Positions 28,976-38,275 of a DNA stretch of 53,962 bases are shown in pieces. The stretch is from contig WFOD01000015.1 in the NCBI GenBank assembly GCA_015488275.1, positions 1 to 53,962 on the forward strand. The letters run 5' to 3'. A model generated the notes under the pieces. That model searched no databases and was not told the origin of the DNA. It was given only the letters and a program-made list of their open reading frames with translations. Source of the DNA: Deltaproteobacteria bacterium. GTDB taxonomy: Bacteria; Desulfobacterota; Desulfobulbia; Desulfobulbales; S012-135. Each line of letters opens with the position of its first letter. The stretch's first letter is position 1. A program made the translations under genes and the position numbers.

Positions 28976-31627
28976 TTATGCGCCGGCCAGTTGCCGCTCC
29001 ACAATCCCCGGCACGGCGGCCAGGGCGTCGGCAAGTTTGGCCGCCGCCGGCCCGCCGGCCTGGGCCATGTCCGGCCGGCCACCGCCCTTGCCGCCCACCA
29101 AGGCGGCCGTCTGCCGAACAATGGCGCCGGCGTGCAACCGGCTCGTGAGATCCTTGCTCACCAAGGCGAGCAACATGGCCTTGCCGTCGTGCACGCCGCC
29201 AAGCACGGCCACGGCCGAGCCCATCTTCTCCCGCACCCGATCGCCGATCTCTCGCAGGGTTTTGGCCGAGTCCAGGGCCACCTCGGCGGCAATCACCCGC
29301 ACGCCGTCGATCACTGGCGCTTGCGCAATGGCGCGGTCGAGATCGGCGAGCGACAGCCGGGCCGCCAGCCGCCCCACTTCGGCCTCCAGGGCCCGCACCC
29401 GCTCCACCAATCTCCCCACCTTGTCGGCAAGCCCCTCGGGCGAGGTCTTGAGCCGGGCGGCCACAGCGGCCAGTTCGGCCTCCTGCCGCCGGAAATAGGC
29501 CACCGCCTCCTGGCCGGTAACCGCCTCGATCCGCCGCACGCCAGCCGCGACCCCGGTCTCGGCGACGATCTTGAACAGGCCGATACTGCCAGTGGCCGGC
29601 ACGTGGGTGCCGCCGCACAGCTCCTTGCTCACATCGCCGATGGCCACCATGCGCACCGTATCGCCGTACTTCTCGCCAAACAGGGCCGTGGCGCCCGCGG
29701 CAAGGGCCTCCCGCCGGTCGAGCACGGCCACGGTGGTGGGCTCGTTGGCGCGGATCAGCCGGTTGACCCAATCCTCCACCTCAACAATCTCTTCGGGCGT
29801 CAGGGGATTGAAGTGGGTAAAGTCGAAACGCAGCCGTCCGGCCTCCACCAGGGAGCCCGCCTGCTTGACATGCTCGCCGAGGATCTCGCGCAAAGCGGCG
29901 TGCAGCAAATGGGTGGCGGTATGGTTGGCGGCGATCTTCTGCCGCCGGCCGTCGGCCACCCGCAACTCCACCTCGTCGCCGCGCGCCACCCGGCCGCCGG
30001 CCACCTCGGCCTTGTGGAGCACCACACGGTCCTCCAGCCGCACGGTATCCACCACCCGCAGCCAGCCGTTCCGGCCAACGATCTCGCCCTGGTCGCCCAC
30101 CTGGCCGCCGGCCTCGGCGTAGAATACGGTTTCAGGGCAGACCACGAGCACCCGCTCGCCTTCCCCAGCCTCGGCGATCTCCTGCCCCTCTTCGTTGAGC
30201 AGATCGCTGATCGTCGAGCGGCATACCGCGGCCTCGTAGCCAAGAAAGCGGCTCGGCTCCCGCCGGGCGAGGACATGCTGGATCCCTTCGGCCCTGGCGT
30301 CGAGGCCGCCGGCCTTCCACGATTGCCGGGACTTGCGCCGCTGTTCACGCATCGCCGCGTTGTAGCCCGCCTCGTCAATGGCCATGCCGGCCTCCAGGGC
30401 CACGTCGCGCATGATATCCACCGGAAAGCCGTAGGTGTCGTACAGCCGGAACATGAAGTCACCGGGGATCAGCGACTCGCCGGCCTGGCGCAGCCGCTCG
30501 ATCTCCCGGCGCAGCATTTCAAGACCGTTGTCAATGGTGACGAAAAACCGCTCCTCTTCATGGGTAAGCACCTTGGCCAGCAGGTCGGCGTGCCCGCGCA
30601 GGTGGGGATAGCTTCCGGCCATCTGGTCGATCACCTTGGCGGCGACGCGGGCCAGGAACGGCTCGCCAAGCCCAAGCACCCGGCCATAGCGGATCGCCCG
30701 GCGCAACAGACGGCGCAGCACGTATCCCCGGCCCTCGTTGGCCGGCAGCACGCCGTCGGCCACAAGGAAGGTGGCGGCTCGGCCGTGGTCGGCGATCACC
30801 CGCAGGGCGGTGTCCTTGGCCGCGTCTTGGCCATAGGCGCACCCGGCGAGCGCGGCAATGGCGTCGATGATCGGCCGGAACAGATCGGAATCATAGTTGG
30901 AATACACGCCTTGGACCACGGCGGCGATCCGCTCCAGGCCCATGCCGGTATCGATGCTCGGCTTGGGCAGGGGCGTGAGCGTGCCGTCCGCGTCCCGGTA
31001 GAACTGCATGAACACCAGGTTCCACAGCTCAAGATAACGGTCGCAATCGCAACCGGCGCGGCAGTCGGGCCGGCCACACCCCACGCCCGGCCCCTGGTCG
31101 ATGAGGATCTCGGAACAGGGGCCGCAGGGACCGGTGTCGCCCATAGCCCAGAAGTTGTCTTTCTCGCCCAGACGGATGATCCGGCCAGGCGGCAGGTCGT
31201 CGATCTCCTCCCACAGCCCAAAGGCCTCGTCGTCATCCTCAAAGACCGACACCCACAGCCGCTCCGGCGCAAGGCCCAGCTCCTTGGTCAGGAACTCCCA
31301 GGCGTACTGGATCGCCTCCCGCTTGAAATAGTCGCCAAAAGAGAAATTGCCCAGCATCTCGAAAAAGGTATGATGCCGGGCCGTATAGCCGACGTTTTCC
31401 AGGTCGTTGTGCTTGCCGCCGGCCCGCACGCACCGCTGGGCCGTGGTCGCCCGGCGGTAAGGCCGCTCGTCTTCACCCATGAAGACCCTCTTGAACTGCA
31501 CCATGCCGGCGTTCGTGAACAGCAGGGTGGGATCGTCATGGGGCACGAGCGGGGAGCTTTCCACCACCTCATGGCCCCGCGCGGCGAAAAACTCGAGAAA
31601 CCGTTTGCGAATCTCATTGCCAGTCAT
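28976..31627 (-). CDS. alaS: Alanine--tRNA ligase
   Basis: MTGNEIRKRFLEFFAARGHE, FTNAGMVQFK and HHTFFEMLGNFSFGDYFK are present. ATG 31627 lies 18 nt after the recA stop; the 59-aa upstream extension in the track is not supported. Confidence 0.96.
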   Translation of the reverse strand: MTGNEIRKRFLEFFAARGHEVVESSPLVPHDDPTLLFTNAGMVQFKRVFMGEDERPYRRATTAQRCVRAGGKHNDLENVGYTARHHTFFEMLGNFSFGDYFKREAIQYAWEFLTKELGLAPERLWVSVFEDDDEAFGLWEEIDDLPPGRIIRLGEKDNFWAMGDTGPCGPCSEILIDQGPGVGCGRPDCRAGCDCDRYLELWNLVFMQFYRDADGTLTPLPKPSIDTGMGLERIAAVVQGVYSNYDSDLFRPIIDAIAALAGCAYGQDAAKDTALRVIADHGRAATFLVADGVLPANEGRGYVLRRLLRRAIRYGRVLGLGEPFLARVAAKVIDQMAGSYPHLRGHADLLAKVLTHEEERFFVTIDNGLEMLRREIERLRQAGESLIPGDFMFRLYDTYGFPVDIMRDVALEAGMAIDEAGYNAAMREQRRKSRQSWKAGGLDARAEGIQHVLARREPSRFLGYEAAVCRSTISDLLNEEGQEIAEAGEGERVLVVCPETVFYAEAGGQVGDQGEIVGRNGWLRVVDTVRLEDRVVLHKAEVAGGRVARGDEVELRVADGRRQKIAANHTATHLLHAALREILGEHVKQAGSLVEAGRLRFDFTHFNPLTPEEIVEVEDWVNRLIRANEPTTVAVLDRREALAAGATALFGEKYGDTVRMVAIGDVSKELCGGTHVPATGSIGLFKIVAETGVAAGVRRIEAVTGQEAVAYFRRQEAELAAVAARLKTSPEGLADKVGRLVERVRALEAEVGRLAARLSLADLDRAIAQAPVIDGVRVIAAEVALDSAKTLREIGDRVREKMGSAVAVLGGVHDGKAMLLALVSKDLTSRLHAGAIVRQTAALVGGKGGGRPDMAQAGGPAAAKLADALAAVPGIVERQLAGA

Positions 31628-31644
31628 CGTTGCGCCCCTTTTCC

Positions 31645-32676
31645 CTACTCCCCAGCCTGTTCCGCTTCTGGCGCCGGCTCCACCAGACCGTATCCCATAC
31701 GGACCTTGGTCTCGATCTCGGCCAGCATCTCGGGATGTTCCTTGAGAAACGCCTTGGCGTTCTCCCGGCCCTGGCCAATACGCTCTCCTTCGTAGGAATA
31801 CCAAGCGCCGCTTTTTTCCACGATGTTCTGCTCCACCGCCAGGTCGAGCAGATCGCCGGTCTTGGAGATGCCCTCGCCGTACATGATGTCGAACTCGGCG
31901 GCCTTGAACGGCGGCGCCAGCTTGTTCTTGACGATCTTGGCCTTGGTGCGCGAACCGATCACCTCCTGGCCGTCCTTGATCTGGCTGATCCGCCGGATAT
32001 CGATCCGCATGGAGCTGTAAAACTTGAGCGCATTGCCGCCCGTGGTGGTCTCCGGGTTGCCGAACATCACCCCGATCTTCATCCGGATCTGGTTGATGAA
32101 AATCATGGCCGTGTTGGTCCGCTTGAGGATGCCGGTGAGTTTGCGCATGGTCTGGGACATGAGGCGCGCTTGGAGCCCCACGTGGGCGTCGCCGATATTG
32201 CCGTCGATCTCCGCCTTGGGCACCAGGGCGGCCACCGAGTCCACAACGATAACGTCCACCCCGCCGCTGCGGATCAGGATCTCGGCGATCTCCAGGGCCT
32301 GCTCGCCGTAGTCGGGCTGGGAGACCAGCAGGTCGTCCACGTTCACCCCCAGCCGGCTGGCGTACGACACGTCAAGGGCGTGCTCGGCATCGATGAAAGC
32401 GGCCACCCCGCCCTGGCGCTGGGCTTCGGCCACCACGTGCAGGGCCAAGGTGGTCTTGCCCGACGACTCTGGCCCGTAGATCTCGGTGATCCGGCCGCGG
32501 GGAAGGCCGCCAATCCCAGTGGCGATGTCGAGGCTCACCGCACCGGTGGAGAACACCGGCACCCGCTCGGCCTGGTCTGAACCAAGCCGCATGATCGCGC
32601 CCTTGCCAAACTGCCGCTGGATCTGAAAAAGCGCCGCCTCGATACTTTTCGACTTATCGTTGGCCGTCGTTGCCAT
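31645..32676 (-). CDS. recA: Recombinase RecA
   Basis: GPESSGKTT Walker A with a full-length RecA match. The RBS is GAGGGAG. Confidence 0.98.
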   Translation of the reverse strand: MATTANDKSKSIEAALFQIQRQFGKGAIMRLGSDQAERVPVFSTGAVSLDIATGIGGLPRGRITEIYGPESSGKTTLALHVVAEAQRQGGVAAFIDAEHALDVSYASRLGVNVDDLLVSQPDYGEQALEIAEILIRSGGVDVIVVDSVAALVPKAEIDGNIGDAHVGLQARLMSQTMRKLTGILKRTNTAMIFINQIRMKIGVMFGNPETTTGGNALKFYSSMRIDIRRISQIKDGQEVIGSRTKAKIVKNKLAPPFKAAEFDIMYGEGISKTGDLLDLAVEQNIVEKSGAWYSYEGERIGQGRENAKAFLKEHPEMLAEIETKVRMGYGLVEPAPEAEQAGE

Positions 32677-32809
32677 CTCGCTACTCCCTCACATGGTGTT
32701 TTCCGGGATGTGGTGCGGTTTTCACGCCCCCCGCCCGCCTGACAGGGCCGGAGGGCGGCAAAAGGTATCACCATAACGGTTGGCCAGGGGTAACGCAAGG
32801 CCTTCCCCG

Positions 32810-34078
32810 CTATGATCCCTCCAGGGGCAGGCCGGCAAGATGCCGGCGCAGCAAATCCAAGGCGGTCATGGCGCTCTGGGCCTGAACCGCAGACCGGTCG
32901 CCGGCAAACCGCCGCTCCAGTGCCTGACAGTATTCCCCATGCGCCAGGGCGAAATAAACAAGCCCCACTGGCTTGGTCTTGCTGCCGCCGCTCGGACCGG
33001 CAATACCGGTCACGGCTACGCCCACCTCACTGGCCGTGGCCCGCACCACTCCCCGGGCCATGGCCCGGGCCACCGGCGCGCTCACCGCTCCGTGCTCGGC
33101 GAGCAAAGCTGCCGGCACGGCCAAGAGCCGCTCCTTCAAACTGTTGCTGTACGCCACCACCCCGCCGACAAACGAGGCCGAACTCCCAGGAACGGCGGTA
33201 AGGCGGGCAGCGATCCGGCCCCCGGTACAGGACTCGGCCACAGCGCAGCACAAGCCCTTCTCCCGCAACAGCCGGCCCACCACCGCCTCCATCGGTTCGG
33301 CGTCGCAGCCGTAGAGAAAGGCACCCAGGGCCTGACGGATGGTCGCCTCTGCCCGGGCGAACGCCTCCTCCACCTGCCTTTCTTCATGCCCGGTCACCGT
33401 AAGGCTGACGTGCACCTCGGGCTGCACCGGATAGTAGCCGATGCGCACCACTCCGCCTTCGAGCGGCGCAAGCCGCCGGTTGATCTCGGTCTCCGGAAGG
33501 CCGAAGACGCGGAAGATCCGCTGCCGCACCACCTTGCCGTCCCCGCCCTGCCAGCTGGCCAACATGGGCAATACGCAATCGAGCATCAGCTCCCGCATCT
33601 CGTGCGGCACACCAGGGAGGAAAAAGATCGGCACGCCGTCGTGCACCAGGAGATGTCCGGCCATGCGGGCGCCGGGCTTGAGGATCTTCGCCCCTTGCGG
33701 GAGCCAGGCGAGCTTGGCGAGCGGATGCTCGCCCTGGGCCACGGCCCGCTGGCAGTCGAGGGGTTGCGGATCACCCTGACAGATGGCGGCGAAGATCTCA
33801 GGATAAAAGGTGGGCGGCCGCTCGAGAATGTTGGCCACCGCCTCGTTGGTCCGGTCGTCACTCGTGGCGCCAAGCCCGCCGGTCACGATGATGAACTCGG
33901 CCCGTTGCAGGGCGCGGGTAAGGGCGGCGGCAATGGCCTCTTCTTCGTCGCCCACCATTGAAATGGCGATGATGTCATGCCCTGCGCCGTACAGATGCCC
34001 AGCGGCAAAGCTGCTCGTGGTGTTGAGGATGCGGCCCGAGGTCAGTTCGTCCCCCACCGCAATGATCTCTCCCCGCAT
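32810..34078 (-). CDS. cinA: CinA-family competence/damage-inducible protein (MoCF-binding domain plus PncC-like deamidase domain)
   Basis: N-terminal MRGEIIAVGDELTSGRILNTTS and C-terminal CAVAESCTGG are typical of CinA. Confidence 0.88.
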   Translation of the reverse strand: MRGEIIAVGDELTSGRILNTTSSFAAGHLYGAGHDIIAISMVGDEEEAIAAALTRALQRAEFIIVTGGLGATSDDRTNEAVANILERPPTFYPEIFAAICQGDPQPLDCQRAVAQGEHPLAKLAWLPQGAKILKPGARMAGHLLVHDGVPIFFLPGVPHEMRELMLDCVLPMLASWQGGDGKVVRQRIFRVFGLPETEINRRLAPLEGGVVRIGYYPVQPEVHVSLTVTGHEERQVEEAFARAEATIRQALGAFLYGCDAEPMEAVVGRLLREKGLCCAVAESCTGGRIAARLTAVPGSSASFVGGVVAYSNSLKERLLAVPAALLAEHGAVSAPVARAMARGVVRATASEVGVAVTGIAGPSGGSKTKPVGLVYFALAHGEYCQALERRFAGDRSAVQAQSAMTALDLLRRHLAGLPLEGS

Positions 34079-34128
34079 GTTCCGTGTTATCCTCAAAAAG
34101 TAATGGTTCCCCTGCCGCTTACAGTATA

Positions 34129-34150
34129 CAGCCCTTTTTTCAACGGGCTG
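34129..34150. repeat. 22-nt hairpin element, copy (cagcccttttttcaacgggctg)
   Basis: Differs from the archetype at 2 positions. It ends exactly at the mtaB stop codon (34151). Confidence 0.8.
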
Positions 34151-35482
34151 TTATCCCTCACCCTCCAGCCAATCTCCCAACATGCCCTTGTCCTCGCAGG
34201 CGACGAGACGCACGCGCACCACCTGGTTCGCCAGGTTGCGCGGGGCTGGGAAACACACCGGGATATAGTTGTCGGTCAGGCCGCGGGCCTCGCCGCGCCG
34301 CCAGCGCTCCACCAAAACCGGCCGCACCCGCCCAACGAAACGGGCCCGAAAAGCGCGGCGCAGCTCCTCGTCCAACCGCCGCAGCCGCGCCACCCGTTCT
34401 TCCTTGACCTTTGCCGGCACCTGGCCGGCCATTTCCGCCGCCACGGTGCCTGGCCGGCGGGAGTAGGGAAACACGTGCAGATAGGCCAGCGGAAGCCGGG
34501 CGAGAAAGGCGCAGGTGGCCTCGAACTCTTCCTCGCTTTCACCGGGAAAGCCGACCAGCACGTCGGCGCCAATGGCCGCTTCTGGCAGACGGGTGGCGAT
34601 GCGCTCCACCACCTGGGCATACTCGGCCGTGGCGTACGGCCGGTTCATCCGGCGGAGCACGCGGTCGTCACCACTTTGGAGCGGGATGTGCAAATGGGGG
34701 ACAAGACGCGGCGAGGCGACAAAGAGATCGAGCAGTTCTTCTGATATCTCGGCGCTCTCCAAAGAGCTGATCCGAAAGCGGATATCCCCGCCCAAGGCCA
34801 AGAGACGGCGAACGAGCGAGGCGAGATCGCTTGGCGGCTCGCAATCCAGGCCGTAGAGCCCAATATGGATACCGGTGAGCACGATCTCCCGATAGCCGCT
34901 GTCGATCAGCCGCCTGGCCTGCGCCAACACATCGGCCGCCGCCAGACTCCGGCTCGGCCCCCGGGCGTAGGGCACGATACAGTACGAGCAAAAACGGTCG
35001 CAGCCGTCCTGGATCTTCAAATAGGCCCGGGTGCGGCCGGGAAAGCCGGCCACGGGCAGGTGGGCGATGCGGCGCTGGCGGCCAATATCGCCAAGGTACA
35101 GCTCGAGATCACTGGCCCCGTGCTCCAAGGCGATATCCACCAACTGGTCCTTACAGCCGTTGCCCACGATACACGGCGGCCGCCCGCCAAGGGCGCGGAT
35201 CTCCTTTGACGCCACCTGGGCATAACAGCCGGTAACCACCACCCGGGCGCCGGGGTTGCGGCGCAGGGCGCGCCGCACCAAACGGCGGGACTCGGCCGCC
35301 GCCTTGCCGGTCACCGCGCAGGTGTTGATCACGTAGATGTCGGCTGGACCGGAAAAGGGCACCAGGGCCGCGCCCTTTTCGGCAAAGGCGGTGGCAAAGG
35401 CGGCCGATTCGTACTGGTTGACCTTGCAGCCAAGGGTGGTGATCGCCACCCGCGGCGCCTTGGCGTTGTCATGCGCGCTCAT
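34151..35482 (-). CDS. mtaB: tRNA methylthiotransferase, MtaB-like radical SAM enzyme
   Basis: TTLGCKVNQYES N-terminal domain, radical-SAM CDRFCSYC motif and a C-terminal TRAM-like segment. Confidence 0.85.
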   Translation of the reverse strand: MSAHDNAKAPRVAITTLGCKVNQYESAAFATAFAEKGAALVPFSGPADIYVINTCAVTGKAAAESRRLVRRALRRNPGARVVVTGCYAQVASKEIRALGGRPPCIVGNGCKDQLVDIALEHGASDLELYLGDIGRQRRIAHLPVAGFPGRTRAYLKIQDGCDRFCSYCIVPYARGPSRSLAAADVLAQARRLIDSGYREIVLTGIHIGLYGLDCEPPSDLASLVRRLLALGGDIRFRISSLESAEISEELLDLFVASPRLVPHLHIPLQSGDDRVLRRMNRPYATAEYAQVVERIATRLPEAAIGADVLVGFPGESEEEFEATCAFLARLPLAYLHVFPYSRRPGTVAAEMAGQVPAKVKEERVARLRRLDEELRRAFRARFVGRVRPVLVERWRRGEARGLTDNYIPVCFPAPRNLANQVVRVRLVACEDKGMLGDWLEGEG

Positions 35483-36521
35483 CTATACCGATCTCTCCGC
35501 CGCCCAACACTTCGTCTTCATTATAAAAAACTGCAAACTGCCCAGGCGTTATCGCCCGTTGCGGCGCATCGAACCGCACCAGGCAGACCCGACCGTGCTC
35601 GCGTACCGTCACCGTGGCCGGGGCCTCCTGGTGGCGGTGCCGGATACGCACCCGGCAGCGGAAGCTTTCCCCGGGCGGCTCGCCCGAAACCCAAGCGCAG
35701 TCACGGGCCAAAAGATCACGCCGCCACAGCCGCTCCGTTTTGGCCACCACCACAGCGTTACGTTCCGGCGCCAGAGCCAGCACGTACCAGGGCGTGGCGT
35801 CCGGCAAGCCGAGCCCCCGGCGCTGGCCCACGGTGTACCGGTGCACGCCCTGATGGCGGCCGAGCACCTCTCCGTCTTCGGTCTCGATCGGGCCCGGTCC
35901 TGGAAGATCCTCGCCCCGGTAGCGGGCCAGAAAGTCGGCCACCGAACAGCCGGCCAGAAAACAGACGTCCTGCGACTCAACTCCGTGCAGCCCAGCGAGC
36001 GCAAAACGGGCGGCAAGCCTTCTCGTTTCAGTCTTGGTCTGCCCGCCAAGGGGAAACAGGATACGGCTGAGCGCCTTCTGGCCAAGCCGGTGCAAAAAGT
36101 ACGACTGGTCCTTGGCCCCATCGCGCCCTTTCAAAAGATGGACCCGTCCCTCGGCGTCACGCACAACTCTCGCGTAATGGCCCGTGGCCAACCGGTCGCA
36201 ACCGCGGGCCAACACCTCATCGAGCAGGGCGCCGAACTTGATCGCCGGGTTGCAGACCACGCACGGGTTGGGCGTCCGGCCGGCGAGGTAGGCGTTGGCG
36301 AAATAGTCGAGCACCAGCCGCTGGAAACGGTCCCGTAGGTCCAGCACGTGAACCTGCATGCCCAACCGCTGGCCAAGGCGTTCCACCCGCGCCACATCCG
36401 CCTCTGGCTCGGCCTGGGCAAGCAACAAAAAAAAGCCCTCTACTTCGTGCCCTTGCTCAAGAAGCAGGCGGGCGGTCACCGAGCTGTCCACCCCGCCGCT
36501 CATCGCCACGCCGACCCGCAT
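35469..36521 (-). CDS. mnmA: tRNA 2-thiouridine(34) synthase MnmA
   Basis: PP-loop VAMSGGVDSS. ATG 36521 is preceded by AAGGAG. The 3' end overlaps the mtaB start by 14 nt. Confidence 0.92.
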   Translation of the reverse strand: MRVGVAMSGGVDSSVTARLLLEQGHEVEGFFLLLAQAEPEADVARVERLGQRLGMQVHVLDLRDRFQRLVLDYFANAYLAGRTPNPCVVCNPAIKFGALLDEVLARGCDRLATGHYARVVRDAEGRVHLLKGRDGAKDQSYFLHRLGQKALSRILFPLGGQTKTETRRLAARFALAGLHGVESQDVCFLAGCSVADFLARYRGEDLPGPGPIETEDGEVLGRHQGVHRYTVGQRRGLGLPDATPWYVLALAPERNAVVVAKTERLWRRDLLARDCAWVSGEPPGESFRCRVRIRHRHQEAPATVTVREHGRVCLVRFDAPQRAITPGQFAVFYNEDEVLGGGEIGIDERA

Positions 36522-36586
36522 CGTTACTCCTTTTCGCTGTCTCTTGCAGCGCCGCGGAATCCGGCGGCGCATCCCTGTGCCGCACA

Positions 36587-36608
36587 CACCCCGTTTTTCA
36601 ACGGCCTG
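36587..36608. repeat. 22-nt hairpin element, degenerate copy (caccccgtttttcaacggcctg)
   Basis: Has 3 substitutions relative to the archetype, and the stem is weakened. Confidence 0.6.
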
Positions 36609-36681
36609 CTAAGCCCATCATGCTCACACCGGAAAAGGGCATCCCTTGCGCCAGGGAAGCCTTGGCGGGCGCTGCGCGTGG

Positions 36682-36708
36682 GATGGGGTGCCCTGTGACC
36701 AAATACGG
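36682..36708 (-). repeat. GGTCAC-RGGG family repeat, near-identical to the copy at 7463
   Basis: The reverse complement ccgtatttggtcacagggcaccccatc differs by 1 nt in 27 from 7463-7489. It ends flush with the hydrolase stop codon (36709). Confidence 0.85.
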
Positions 36709-37389
36709 TCAGGCAAGCTCAAGGGAATCACCGGGCCGCAAGACCGTGACCTCAACGCTGGTGGTCTCGCGCACTCGCTCGGCCCAGGCGTCAGCGTCCT
36801 GCCGAATGACGTCAAAGGTATTGTAATGAATGGGTATCACCCGCGCTGGCCGCAGGAGTTGCACGGCCCGCAAGGCGTCTTCCGGCCCCATCGTGAAGTT
36901 GTCGCCAATGGGTAGGATGGCGCAATCAATACCCTCGTCGCCGATGAGCTTCATATCGTAAAACAGGCCGGTATCGCCGGCATGGTACACGGTGTGTCCC
37001 TCGGCGCTGAGCAACAGGCCGCAGGGATTGCCGCCATACGAGCCGTCCGGCAGGGAAGAACCGTGCTGGGCGGCCGTGAGCTTGAGCCGTCCCCAAGCGT
37101 GCTCGAACGCGCCGCCAACGTGCTGGGGATGGACCCGTGCCACGCCTTTGGCCGCAACCCAGTTGCAGATCTCAAAGTTGCTGACCACAAGCGCCTGGCA
37201 CCGTTTGGCAATGGCCACTGTATCGCCCAGATGGTCGGCATGGCCGTGGGTGACGAGAATCGCGTCCGCCGTCACCTCATCGGCTGTCACCGGCGCTTGT
37301 CCGTTGCCCGTGAAAAAGGGATCGATGAGCAGCCGGCTGCCGCCGGTCTCAACGAGAAAACACGCATGGCCGTACCACGTGAGCCGCAT
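36709..37389 (-). CDS. UPF0173-family metal-dependent hydrolase (metallo-beta-lactamase fold)
   Basis: MRLTWYGHACFLVE and HGHADH are present. ATG 37389 is preceded by GGAGG. Confidence 0.85.
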   Translation of the reverse strand: MRLTWYGHACFLVETGGSRLLIDPFFTGNGQAPVTADEVTADAILVTHGHADHLGDTVAIAKRCQALVVSNFEICNWVAAKGVARVHPQHVGGAFEHAWGRLKLTAAQHGSSLPDGSYGGNPCGLLLSAEGHTVYHAGDTGLFYDMKLIGDEGIDCAILPIGDNFTMGPEDALRAVQLLRPARVIPIHYNTFDVIRQDADAWAERVRETTSVEVTVLRPGDSLELA

Positions 37390-37467
37390 AGCAGGACCTC
37401 CGTTACGTTGCATCCCAAGCCGGTTTCTTATCTGTCCGGCGAAAAAGTCATCCCTGACTTTTTCGAC

Positions 37468-37508
37468 CACGGTTGAAGCCAGAGGGAGGATTTGTTACGA
37501 GTTCATCA
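37468..37508 (+). repeat. 41-nt conserved intergenic block, copy 1
   Basis: cacggttgaagccagagggaggatttgttacgagttcatca matches 45310-45350 at 34 of 41 positions without gaps. Confidence 0.75.
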
Positions 37509-37648
37509 TCATTAGTTCCTACTTATCCAGAATCGGGCAACGGTGCAAAGGCTTTTTCCCAAATCCAGGCCGTCAGCCCCTCGCACGCCGCCGCTTGCCA
37601 CCCCTTCTTGACCGTGCTATGTTCCCCCATCATCAAGACCGGCACCCC

Positions 37649-38275
37649 ATGACCGCTTCCTTCCGTTCTCTCTTTCATCGCGCCATCTGGCGACGGCAGC
37701 TCCGGGACGCCCTCTTCTACTGGGTTTTGCTGCCCGGAGCAGTGGTCGGTCCAGGGCTTGCCGCAGACCGGCTGCTGACGCTTCCCTCGCTGCCCGCGCC
37801 ACGTCTGCGGCTTGCCGCTGGCATGCTGGCCGCAGTGGCCGGCGGCCTGCTCATCGGCCGGGCCATGCGCGATCTCGAGCGGCTCGGCGGCGGCACCCCC
37901 AATCCCTTGCGGCCGCCACGCATCCTGGTCACCAAAGGAAGCTACCGGCTTTGCCGCCATCCCATGTGGCTCGGGTATGACCTCGTGGCCCTGGGTGTAA
38001 CCCTGGCGCTGGGATCGCCGGCCACCCTCTTTGCCGCCCTGCCGCTCTTGCTGGTGTGGCAGGTCCGTTTTCTCCGGCGGGAGGAGCATGTGCTGCGCCG
38101 GAAATTCAAAACATCTTATCCCGCCTACGAGCGGGAAACACCCTTTCTCCTGCCCCTGCCCCGCCCCCGGCCAGCCGCTGCTGGTTCCGCGCTCCCAAAA
38201 GGGTCTGGCGGGCAGGCCGCAGACCATCGTCAACCACCTCATCTTCATCACCTTCCGCCACCTGAGGACGACTGA
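37649..38275 (+). CDS. Membrane methyltransferase, ICMT/PEMT-like family
   Basis: Several hydrophobic segments and a GSYRLCRHPMWLGY motif (RHPxY/WxG signature). The stop overlaps the next start (TGATG). Confidence 0.7.
   Translation: MTASFRSLFHRAIWRRQLRDALFYWVLLPGAVVGPGLAADRLLTLPSLPAPRLRLAAGMLAAVAGGLLIGRAMRDLERLGGGTPNPLRPPRILVTKGSYRLCRHPMWLGYDLVALGVTLALGSPATLFAALPLLLVWQVRFLRREEHVLRRKFKTSYPAYERETPFLLPLPRPRPAAAGSALPKGSGGQAADHRQPPHLHHLPPPEDD

Noticed and set aside
28991-31795. 934-aa ORF on the plus strand covering all of alaS in antisense
   Set aside because: alaS on the minus strand has unmistakable full-length homology. The antisense product is Gly/Arg/Pro/His-rich with no recognisable motifs. 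Long stop-free antisense frames are expected in GC-rich DNA.
37492-37515. Mini-ORF TTG-LRVHHH-stop as a histidine attenuator leader
   Set aside because: It has only three His codons, a non-ATG start placed 1 nt after the SD-like sequence, and no his genes downstream. It is kept only as part of the 41-nt repeat observation.
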